A DNA stretch of 32,000 bases from Candidatus Iainarchaeum sp. (lineage in GTDB: Archaea > Iainarchaeota > Iainarchaeia > Iainarchaeales > 0-14-0-20-30-16): NCBI GenBank assembly GCA_028710695.1, contig JAQTTP010000001.1, forward strand, positions 60,001 to 92,000, given 5' to 3'. The notes under the pieces are model-generated. The model did not search any database, was not told the origin of the DNA, and saw only the letters and a program-made list of their open reading frames with translations. The number at the start of each line of letters is the position of its first letter. Position 1 is the first letter of the stretch. The translations under genes and the position numbers were made by a program. This document shows, one piece after another, positions 25,270 through 32,000 of the stretch.

Positions 25270-26868
25270 ATGGAATTTAAAGACGTTATAAAGAAACCGA
25301 GAGTTGCAATATTAATCTTTTTGCTTATTATTGGTGCAATAATATTGGGTGTAAACGGCCTTAAATATGGTCTAGATTTTAGTGGTGGAACCCAATTTAC
25401 TATTGAACTTGATAAAGAAGTTACTGACGCAAGTACTTTAGCCTTAGTAACTAGTACAATAAGCCAAAGACTTGATTGGTCTGGATTAAAAGACACAACA
25501 GTTAATACCTGGGGTGGAAAATATGTTGTTGCACAAGTTGGAACAACAGATCCTGCAGAAATAGAGGCTTTAGAGTCTGTATTATACAAACAAGGGCGTT
25601 TTGAAAACATCATGGACGGCGAAATACTTTTTAATGGTGAAGATATTCTTTCAGTAGATAAAAATCCTTCTCAAGGATATAGCATAACAGACACAGGTAG
25701 TGGATATTATAGTTGGACTCTACCGTTTACATTAAAAACAAAATCTGCCAAAAAATTTGCAGAAATGACATTCCATAAATGTGTGCCATCAGGAACCGGT
25801 GGAGCATATGATTGTCCAAAAACATTTTTCTTTATTGACAGGCCTTTGAACTCAGTTTTTATAATCCCACAAGACTTATATGACGAGGAGCAATTACTTC
25901 CAACAGATCCAATAAATAAACAATCTTCAACAATAGAACTGGATGAAGCAATGAAAAATGCAAATATTGAATATATAATTGCGGATACAATAGATGCAAA
26001 TGTGATTGCAAAATTAAATGATTATAAATCAAAAGGGATAGAGAAAGTAATAGTTCCAAAAAGTGTTTATGATTTATCTGGCTTAGACTTGAATTTACAA
26101 TTTGTTGAAATAGCAAAGAACAATAAAGAGCCATGGGTTTGGACCGCAAGTGGTCTGAAATCTATTATTTGGGTTAATGAAGATATTACAAATTTAGGGG
26201 CCCCAAATACAAGCTCTTCAAACTTTAAAGTATTTTACACTTTGACTATTAGAGGCAGTGCACAAAACAAGGATGAAGCAGTATACAAATCAGATAATAT
26301 TTTTGTATTACTATCCTCTGGTTCTTTGCCAGTAGGTGTTTCTAATATTTCAAAAGAAACAATATCCCCTGTTTTGGGAGAAAACTTTTTAACTACTATA
26401 TTTATTATAGGAATTTTAGCAATAATTATTGTTGCATTAGTAGTTTATATTAGATATAAACACCCAACATTAATTGCAGCAATTATGGTTTCAACACTAG
26501 CAGAAGTATTTTTAATTTTAGTTTGTGCTTCAATAATTGGTTGGAGACTTGATCTTGCGGCAATTGTTGGTTTAATTGCAGCAATTGGAACTGGTGTAGA
26601 TGATGTTGTAATCATCACTGATGAAATCTCAAAGAACAAGGAAGAAAAAGAAGAACATAGTTTGTTAGCAAAAGTTAAAAGAGCATTCTTCATGATCTTT
26701 GCTGCTGCAGCAACAACTATCGCAGCAATGGTACCAATATTGATCTTTGGCTTCGGATTTGGAAAGCTTACTGGATTTGCTTTGACAGTAATTATGGGTA
26801 TATTGATTGGAGTAATAATCACAAGACCAGCATATTCCGAAGTAGTGAAATACATAATGTCCAAGTAA
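25270..26868 (+). CDS. secD: Protein-export membrane protein SecD
   Basis: It has an N-terminal TM, a large extracytoplasmic domain and a C-terminal TM bundle. The motif IGTGVDDVVIITDEI is present (compare the bacterial SecD G-x-x-VD-x-x-V). It is 532 aa. Confidence 0.85.
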   Translation: MEFKDVIKKPRVAILIFLLIIGAIILGVNGLKYGLDFSGGTQFTIELDKEVTDASTLALVTSTISQRLDWSGLKDTTVNTWGGKYVVAQVGTTDPAEIEALESVLYKQGRFENIMDGEILFNGEDILSVDKNPSQGYSITDTGSGYYSWTLPFTLKTKSAKKFAEMTFHKCVPSGTGGAYDCPKTFFFIDRPLNSVFIIPQDLYDEEQLLPTDPINKQSSTIELDEAMKNANIEYIIADTIDANVIAKLNDYKSKGIEKVIVPKSVYDLSGLDLNLQFVEIAKNNKEPWVWTASGLKSIIWVNEDITNLGAPNTSSSNFKVFYTLTIRGSAQNKDEAVYKSDNIFVLLSSGSLPVGVSNISKETISPVLGENFLTTIFIIGILAIIIVALVVYIRYKHPTLIAAIMVSTLAEVFLILVCASIIGWRLDLAAIVGLIAAIGTGVDDVVIITDEISKNKEEKEEHSLLAKVKRAFFMIFAAAATTIAAMVPILIFGFGFGKLTGFALTVIMGILIGVIITRPAYSEVVKYIMSK

Positions 26869-26946
26869 TTAATTCCAAAGTAACTGGAATTATTACAGGG
26901 GCCTAAAGTAATTTCTGATAAAGAAATTAACTTTTTGTCCAAGTAA
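26858..26946 (+). repeat. Two-hairpin intergenic repeat, copy B (3' of secD), bracketed by a perfect 11-bp direct repeat
   Basis: TGTCCAAGTAA occurs at 26858-26868 (the last secD codons plus stop) and again at 26936-26946. In between lie hairpin 1 TAATTCCA/aagtaac/TGGAATTA (26870-26892), the core CAGGGGCCT (26896-26904) and hairpin 2 AAAGTAATTTCT/gataa/AGAAATTAACTTT (26905-26934). Confidence 0.55.
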
Positions 26947-26974
26947 GGGCAACCTTACTCTTTTTTTATTTTTC
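26943..26974 (+). terminator. Hairpin plus T-run terminator (probably the original secD terminator)
   Basis: GTAAGG/gcaa/CCTTAC (26943-26958) is followed by TCTTTTTTTATTTTT. The stem begins within the second copy of the duplicated TAA. Confidence 0.55.
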
Positions 26975-27010
26975 AAAAAGTATATATTTCTTTAGGATTA
27001 AGATGTTATT

Positions 27011-28252
27011 ATGCCTACTAGAATTGCAGAACGAAGAACACAGCTTGCAGAAAGGCTAAGAACTTTGAACACTAAACATTCCTGGATGCAATTTGAGAGC
27101 ATATATCAAAGACCTGCAGAAAGACCAAGAAAAGTGGGGGGTCGAAAATTTACTGTTTATTCTGAAACTGAAAGGCAGTTGTCAGAAGTGATACCTGAAT
27201 ATTGGGACAAAGAAAGTTTAAGAAAATTTGTAAAAAAACATGGCCTCGGATATGAACATATTAAATTACTCCGTATAAAACGATATTTTCGTGAAGCAGC
27301 AGTGGAGGCCAGGAAAGAATTATTAGAAACATTATTTTATAACCCTGAAAAAATAAAAGAAAAATATGATGCTTTGCAAGAAAAAATTGCTAAAGGTGCG
27401 TCTAAATCTAGTGGGTTGGTTGATTGGTCACGCGCAGAGTACATTTTAAATGTCGAATTAACTTCTGTTTTTAGGCGTATGTCAATCTGGATGAACTCAA
27501 AATTTGGAGAAACGCGGGCCGTAGGTCCAGACAATGAATTAGCAGCAAAAACTATTTGTAATTTGTTTAGCGAAGCTTATAAAAAATTTTCTGGACAAAC
27601 TCTCTTTTATAAGGACTATGAGGCCAGGGTCAAAGGGTTTCTTTCAAATCCTTTTTTTGCACTTCAAACAAATGCGCTTGAGCGATTTTTATATTTAGGG
27701 GAAACAAAGGGTATTGAGAATCTAATTTATTGGTATAAAAAATTAAGGGCTGGAGAGAAGGTAACCTTTTTTGATCTTCAAAAAGATTCTGTACTATGGG
27801 GCCTATATGTTCCAAGAGGACCAGGCCATAGTTTTCGGTGGGCGGATAAAATATTTGGCCTTACTGCGGGAGTTAATGTATTAAGTCACGAATTTATACA
27901 TATGATGTTAAACAATACTCTTTCCCATCGTCGTCGTCCACTATTTAGGAATGAATCTTTTGTAGATTATCTTGCTCATTTATTTACAATCATATCTTGC
28001 CCACATGATGTACGTATTAGTAAGAGATCCAGCACATTTACTAAACCTCAACAGGAGTTTATTGAAAGTTGTGTGTTCGGAAGCCAAGGTTATGAACGTT
28101 GGGAAGAACTGCCTAATTTGTTTTCATCAAGCCCTGGTTTAGAATATGATTTGGGGGTAGAGGCCGCAAGAAAATTTTGCGAATCAGTAGGTTATGACAA
28201 AGAAAAGATAAAACAAAGAATACAAAAAGAATTAGCTACAATATATTCTTAG
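27011..28252 (+). CDS. Cytoplasmic HExxH protein, possible gluzincin / peptidase-MA-like domain
   Basis: HEFIH lies at 27887-27901. It is followed 17 residues later by NESFVDYLAH (Glu codon at 27953-27955), resembling HExxH...NE(G/S)F of the MA-clan peptidases. There is no signal peptide or TM segment. The first 280 aa or so are unrecognisable, basic and helical. Arg codon usage is atypical, with many CGN codons. Confidence 0.45.
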   Translation: MPTRIAERRTQLAERLRTLNTKHSWMQFESIYQRPAERPRKVGGRKFTVYSETERQLSEVIPEYWDKESLRKFVKKHGLGYEHIKLLRIKRYFREAAVEARKELLETLFYNPEKIKEKYDALQEKIAKGASKSSGLVDWSRAEYILNVELTSVFRRMSIWMNSKFGETRAVGPDNELAAKTICNLFSEAYKKFSGQTLFYKDYEARVKGFLSNPFFALQTNALERFLYLGETKGIENLIYWYKKLRAGEKVTFFDLQKDSVLWGLYVPRGPGHSFRWADKIFGLTAGVNVLSHEFIHMMLNNTLSHRRRPLFRNESFVDYLAHLFTIISCPHDVRISKRSSTFTKPQQEFIESCVFGSQGYERWEELPNLFSSSPGLEYDLGVEAARKFCESVGYDKEKIKQRIQKELATIYS

Positions 28253-28257
28253 TTACA

Positions 28258-28719
28258 TTACTTATTTTCAAATATATACCACATTAGTAGAATACATCCA
28301 GAAACAAAGAACCAACCAAATATATGCAAATATTCCACAGTTCCTTTTGTTGAATATTCAAAAATAATATACAACCTTAAAAGGTTCACAACAAACAAAA
28401 CAGGAATAGATGCAATTAAAAAAATCACAATTTGTTTCCAATTCTTCTTTGTGAGCTTAAATGCCTTTTGAACAATTACTATGCTTGCTAACAAAAATAT
28501 GGCTACAAATCCAGTACATAAATTGTTTATGCTTACTTCGTAGCCATCTTTATGCAAAGTAGGTAAGTCAGAATAGTTTAAATCTTCACTAATAAATACA
28601 TCAAGAGTTTTTCCAGTAATTGCTGGAAAAGGGAGTTTAACGTAATCTATTAGGGCCATAAAACAAATGTTTACTATAAGACAAACGATAATGAAACCCC
28701 AAATCTTTTTGTTTATCAT
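28258..28719 (-). CDS. Mini exosortase/archaeosortase-family membrane protein (putative Cys transpeptidase)
   Basis: It is 153 aa with about 4-5 TM segments. The ordered signature is Cys68 in VSINNLCTGF (codon 28516-28518), Arg115 in VVNLLRLYII (28375-28377) and His132 in EYLHIFGWFF (28324-28326). This matches the C...N-x-x-R...H-x-x-G layout of the exosortase/archaeosortase core domain. Confidence 0.6.
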   Translation of the reverse strand: MINKKIWGFIIVCLIVNICFMALIDYVKLPFPAITGKTLDVFISEDLNYSDLPTLHKDGYEVSINNLCTGFVAIFLLASIVIVQKAFKLTKKNWKQIVIFLIASIPVLFVVNLLRLYIIFEYSTKGTVEYLHIFGWFFVSGCILLMWYIFENK

Positions 28720-28785
28720 ATAAGATAGAAAATAATAAAGCTTTTTAATAACTCATTTGTTATTTATATATCTTTGAGTGGTATT

Positions 28786-29139
28786 ATGGCTAGAAAAGGA
28801 CAAATAAGTCTTGATCTCTTATTGGCAGTAATCATCTTTGCGATCCTTTTCTCGGTATTTTTCGTTTTTGGCAATACAATTGTTGAAAAATCAGATTTGT
28901 TTAAACAAGACGCCGAGCTTTCAAAAGAAGCAAACGAACTGAGGCCATACTTTGCAGCCATATCTTTACCACCGGAATACAAACTTCTTTATGACTTAGG
29001 CTGTAAAGATAAATCTTTCTACACTCAAGATGGGAATTATTTTGTTTCTTTTGCTGACGGAAATGGTCTGGAGAAATTAATAGCCCCCGGAAATTTAGAT
29101 AATTATTTTTGTAATACCAAAGTTTATTTCAATAAATGA
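28786..29139 (+). CDS. Pilin-like protein 1 with class III signal peptide
   Basis: MARKG/QISLDLLLAVIIFAILFSVFFVF has a basic stretch, a G-Q cleavage context, Asp at +5 and a hydrophobic helix. The mature part has 2 Cys. ATG 28786 is preferred over GTG 28774. Confidence 0.6.
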   Translation: MARKGQISLDLLLAVIIFAILFSVFFVFGNTIVEKSDLFKQDAELSKEANELRPYFAAISLPPEYKLLYDLGCKDKSFYTQDGNYFVSFADGNGLEKLIAPGNLDNYFCNTKVYFNK

Positions 29140-29624
29140 TTTTTATGGTGCGATTAAATCGGAAAGGAATAATGTTTTCATTGGATTTGGTCTTTGCAGT
29201 TGTGCTATTTGTACTTCTGTTTGGAATATTATATCAAACCTTTTCCTATTCTTTACACCAATATAACTCTCTAAAAACAAATGTAGAGTTAAGCAGCTAT
29301 TTAGACCTGATCGAAAACAAATTTGTTTTAAGCAAAGATTTCTCATGTGATCTTGTAACTCAGGATGATGTAGTAATAAAACAAATTGCTTATTGTATAG
29401 ATACCTCTAAATTTAATCGAAATTTGCTTGCCTTGCCACCAGCTCTGAAATTATCAATCCCCGAGTTAAATATTAATGATACAATAGAAATGGAGTTTGC
29501 AAAAAAGTTCAAAGTAATTTTGCATAATGGCCCAGTAAAAAAAGCAGATTATTATAATTGTGTAATGGGTGCGGAATGTAAACTTGTAGAATCAGAATTA
29601 ACTATTGGGGTTGGTTATCAATGA
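29136..29624 (+). CDS. Pilin-like protein 2 with class III-type signal peptide
   Basis: The signal region is RLNRKG/IMFSLDLVFAVVLFVLLFGILY. The mature part has 4 Cys. The start overlaps the previous stop (ATGA), and ATG 29145 is an alternative start. Confidence 0.55.
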   Translation: MIFMVRLNRKGIMFSLDLVFAVVLFVLLFGILYQTFSYSLHQYNSLKTNVELSSYLDLIENKFVLSKDFSCDLVTQDDVVIKQIAYCIDTSKFNRNLLALPPALKLSIPELNINDTIEMEFAKKFKVILHNGPVKKADYYNCVMGAECKLVESELTIGVGYQ

Positions 29625-29890
29625 ATCGCGGATTCATATTCACATTTGACCTGCTTTTTATAGTTGGCCTGTTTATAACTCTTTTTTCTGTGCCAGTAAA
29701 TGATTCTAAGACCCCCTATTTTGATTACTCTTATATGAACTCAGATAAAATGATGTCATATTATTTTGACAAGAGCCCAGCAGATGTAAACAAAGATGTA
29801 AGTTTTTTGTGTTATAATACTTACAAGCAAAACCCTGGAGAAGAACAAGCCCAAATAAAAGAATATTGCTATGGTGGTTATCATGAATAA
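29621..29890 (+). CDS. Pilin-like protein 3 with class III-type signal peptide
   Basis: The signal region is MNRG/FIFTFDLLFIVGLFITLF. The mature part has 2 Cys. The start overlaps the previous stop (ATGA). Confidence 0.55.
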   Translation: MNRGFIFTFDLLFIVGLFITLFSVPVNDSKTPYFDYSYMNSDKMMSYYFDKSPADVNKDVSFLCYNTYKQNPGEEQAQIKEYCYGGYHE

Positions 29891-30413
29891 TAGATCAAGT
29901 AAAGGTTTTTTCAGCGTGATCCTGGCAGTAGCGGGGGTTGCTCTTTTGTTGTTTAATATTTCAATTCCAACATATACCTCAAATAATTATCCTGAATTTA
30001 TAACAAAAAATGAAATGCAATATTTGTATTTAAATAATGTGATAACAAAACAGATGGCAGATTATTTTATTTCTACTCCCGGTTGTGATTTTGATTTTGT
30101 GGGATTCAAAGATTATCTAAACTCTAATGCTGCGTCTTTCTGCGAAAACTTTAGTAGCGAATTCTTTAAGTGCGATATTAAGGTAGTAACCGTATTTCAA
30201 AAGTTTGGGTTAACAAATGTAACTCTTTCTATAAATAATTCTTTTGATAAAGGGGCAATCCACTTTACATATTCAAAAGAAATAACATTTTCAAAAATAT
30301 TTGCCCCAACACAACTTACAATACCTATGCCAGATGGTACAGAACAAAAGACTTGTAATTATACAATAACTGATTTTGAATCCCAGTTAGTAGAAGCATC
30401 AGGAACCAAATAA
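29883..30413 (+). CDS. Pilin-like protein 4 with class III-type signal peptide
   Basis: The signal region is MNNRSSKG/FFSVILAVAGVALLLF, with no acidic residue at +5/+6. The mature part has 4 Cys. ATG 29883 overlaps the previous gene by 8 nt, and ATG 29871 is an alternative start. Confidence 0.5.
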   Translation: MNNRSSKGFFSVILAVAGVALLLFNISIPTYTSNNYPEFITKNEMQYLYLNNVITKQMADYFISTPGCDFDFVGFKDYLNSNAASFCENFSSEFFKCDIKVVTVFQKFGLTNVTLSINNSFDKGAIHFTYSKEITFSKIFAPTQLTIPMPDGTEQKTCNYTITDFESQLVEASGTK

Positions 30414-31784
30414 AGTAGTTTGCTTTGCTTTTTCGCGTGTAGGTGTCAAATCTTTTTCTGAGGCTTTTGCATTGTTGTTTTTTGTCTCCTCTTTTTGTTT
30501 TTCTTTACCTTGTAGGTTGTCAAAGCCCATCTTGATTTTCTTTGTATTGATTTTGTTTGACTCCTTTTTATCATCTTTTTTGTCTTCTTTTGCAAGTAGT
30601 TTAAATTTTATCTTTAACAGCTTCTCAAGGTTTTCTAATTCTAAATCTGTATACCTGCTTTGTAGGAACTCGGCATCAGCGCTTTCAAAATACTGTTTAT
30701 AATATGGAATTTCATTTAAAATTCTTTTTGAGCTTCCCCGTATCAGTTTTTGCACTAACTTTGCAATTTCTTTGTTTTTTGAAAAGCTACTTCTTTCTTT
30801 AGACATCCTTGAAATAAAAGTTGGAAAATTGAACTTTGCAAACTTTTTGTTCTTTAACATAAAAGGCGCAACAATGCCAGTCATTAAATAATATTTCAAG
30901 AAAATCCAATTCTGTCTTTTGTAAATATAATTCCTCATCAAATCCGCATAGGACACAAGATCGTATGCTTTTTTTAGTTCAGGGTAACCATAAATATTAG
31001 AAATATTTTCATTAACCCATGCAAATTGCATATCATAATCTATATTGCAGGAATCTTGTATCCGCTTGCCTTCTGTTAGAGACTTTGATCTTTGTAAATT
31101 CATCAATGTCGAAAATATATTATCTGTTTTCTCTCTTTCCCCCAATATTGCAACAGTTTTTTCTGTTACTCCAATATCAGCCAATGCTTCTAAATCCAAA
31201 ATTGCAGAACGTATATCTCCTTTTGCGTTTTTTGCAATCATTTCTAAAGCGTTCTCAGAAAAATAAATGTCTTCTTTTGCAATAATGTCTTTTAGTTTTT
31301 TCTGTATTTCTAAATAAGTTAATTTCTTTAGATTCACTACGACACAATAATTTACTACGTCTCTGATCTTCTGATTAGAATAAACATCCGTTGCGGTGAA
31401 TATAACTGGATTTTTTGCAACCTTTATTATTTCTAGAATTTTAGAACTTGCTCCACTGTCTTTTACTGGCAAGAAATCTAGATCTTCAAAAATGAAAAGG
31501 TTTCTTTTATTAAAAAATGAGTTTGACTGAACAAATAATTCCATTCTTTTTTCCAGAGATTCTTTGTCTCTCTGTTCATCAGGGCTGATTTCGTTTATTT
31601 GCCAATTTTTTTCATAAGAAACAACTCTGGCAATAGTGCTTTTCCCAACCCCTGTGCCACCTACAAGCAAAAGTGGTTTACGTTCTTTGTCGAAGTTTTC
31701 AGCCCAGGCTTTTACATCAGCAATGGCTTGTTTGTTTCCTACAAACCCTTCGTAGCCCTGTGGCTCGTATTTATCTAAGAACAT
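30399..31784 (-). CDS. rfcL: Replication factor C large subunit (RfcL)
   Basis: The N-terminus FLDKYEPQGYEGFVGNKQAIADVKAWAENF corresponds to the W-x-EKYRP...VG motif. Walker A is GGTGVGKST and Walker B is IFEDLD. The tail is Lys-rich, and the C-terminal KQTTLFGS resembles the PIP-type end of archaeal RFC-L. The 3' end overlaps the convergent pilin-like gene 4 by 15 nt. Confidence 0.9.
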   Translation of the reverse strand: MFLDKYEPQGYEGFVGNKQAIADVKAWAENFDKERKPLLLVGGTGVGKSTIARVVSYEKNWQINEISPDEQRDKESLEKRMELFVQSNSFFNKRNLFIFEDLDFLPVKDSGASSKILEIIKVAKNPVIFTATDVYSNQKIRDVVNYCVVVNLKKLTYLEIQKKLKDIIAKEDIYFSENALEMIAKNAKGDIRSAILDLEALADIGVTEKTVAILGEREKTDNIFSTLMNLQRSKSLTEGKRIQDSCNIDYDMQFAWVNENISNIYGYPELKKAYDLVSYADLMRNYIYKRQNWIFLKYYLMTGIVAPFMLKNKKFAKFNFPTFISRMSKERSSFSKNKEIAKLVQKLIRGSSKRILNEIPYYKQYFESADAEFLQSRYTDLELENLEKLLKIKFKLLAKEDKKDDKKESNKINTKKIKMGFDNLQGKEKQKEETKNNNAKASEKDLTPTREKAKQTTLFGS

Positions 31785-31852
31785 ATATATTCTTGTCTCA
31801 GATTAACCTTAAATAAATATGGGGAGGTATTCTAACCCCCAGAATTAGATAA

Positions 31853-32000
31853 TTATTGGGTATTTTTTTCCTTTTCGAATTGAGTTTCCATTGCTTTTTC
31901 AACTTCTCTTACGAATTCAGGCTCTTTATCTGATGCTTTTTCTAAATGTTTATCCTCTAATTTATTGTGTACATAAAAATAAGCAGTTATTATTGCATCT
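31853..32000 (-). CDS. 3' end of an unidentified CDS that runs off the window
   Basis: The minus-strand frame is open from the window edge and reads ...DAIITAYFYVHNKLEDKHLEKASDKEPEFVREVEKAMETQFEKEKNTQ*, with the stop at 31853-31855. No family is recognised. Confidence 0.35.
   Translation of the reverse strand, partial: DAIITAYFYVHNKLEDKHLEKASDKEPEFVREVEKAMETQFEKEKNTQ

Noticed and set aside
24978-25613. A 211-aa minus-strand ORF spans the secF/secD junction. Similar antisense ORFs occur at 26445-26942, 25859-26149 and 24201-24416.
   Set aside because: They are shadow frames of the well-supported secF and secD genes. They cross a gene boundary, which real genes on the opposite strand would be unlikely to do here.
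26869-26946. Stop-codon readthrough or recoding to extend SecD: the 78-nt spacing between the duplicated TCCAAGTAA copies is in frame, and the element-encoded peptides of copies A and B look similar (QAPKAISVNKKLAFWS against QGPKVISDKEINFLSK).
   Set aside because: Two in-frame TAA stops intervene in copy B. In copy A the duplicate is offset by 80 nt, which is out of frame. The peptide similarity simply mirrors nucleotide similarity, while the stems show compensatory changes that point to nucleic-acid structure rather than coding.
28258-28719. A prepilin peptidase (PibD/FlaK/EppA-like) serving the adjacent pilin-like operon, or a CAAX/Abi protease.
   Set aside because: The protein has no paired catalytic Asp or GxGD motif, and no EExxxR / FxxxH / HxxxN motifs. 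The ordered Cys-Arg-His pattern fits the exosortase/archaeosortase core better.

Overview
This is an AT-rich, very gene-dense archaeal chromosomal segment (G+C looks like roughly one third by eye; not computed). Many genes abut or overlap by 4-26 nt, and GGTGA-type Shine-Dalgarno motifs precede many starts. The archaeal assignment rests on RadA, primase PriS, GINS, an RPA41-like ssDNA-binding protein, RFC large subunit, Rad50, aIF2-alpha, aEF-1beta, ribosomal protein S27e, a PAC2 chaperone, EndoQ, SecF/SecD and class III (type IV pilin-like) signal peptides. The compact genes and missing partner genes fit a small-genome, DPANN-like archaeon, but the lineage cannot be fixed from this window. 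About a third of the genes act in DNA replication, repair or topology: TopA, MutL, PriS, GINS, RPA, RadA, Rad50, EndoQ and RFC-L. Five things stand out. (1) A roughly 80-100 nt two-hairpin repeat with a GC-rich core occurs three times, at the 3' flanks of the RPA-like gene, secD and mutL. Each copy is bracketed by direct repeats that duplicate local sequence, so it looks MITE-like. (2) A 153-aa mini exosortase/archaeosortase-like membrane protein is divergent from four translationally coupled pilin-like genes and convergent with a CGN-codon-rich HExxH protein. (3) A 757-aa secreted protein carries about 60 cysteines in repeated Cys motifs. (4) A SLOG/DprA-like gene plus a small membrane gene sit between radA and an Mre11-less rad50. 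(5) There is a RelE-type toxin-antitoxin pair, two small Zn/Cys ORFs absent from the ORF track, and a tRNA-Arg(UCG). No CRISPR array, rRNA, transposase or integrase is visible. All family assignments come from motif recognition by eye and need HMM or BLAST confirmation.
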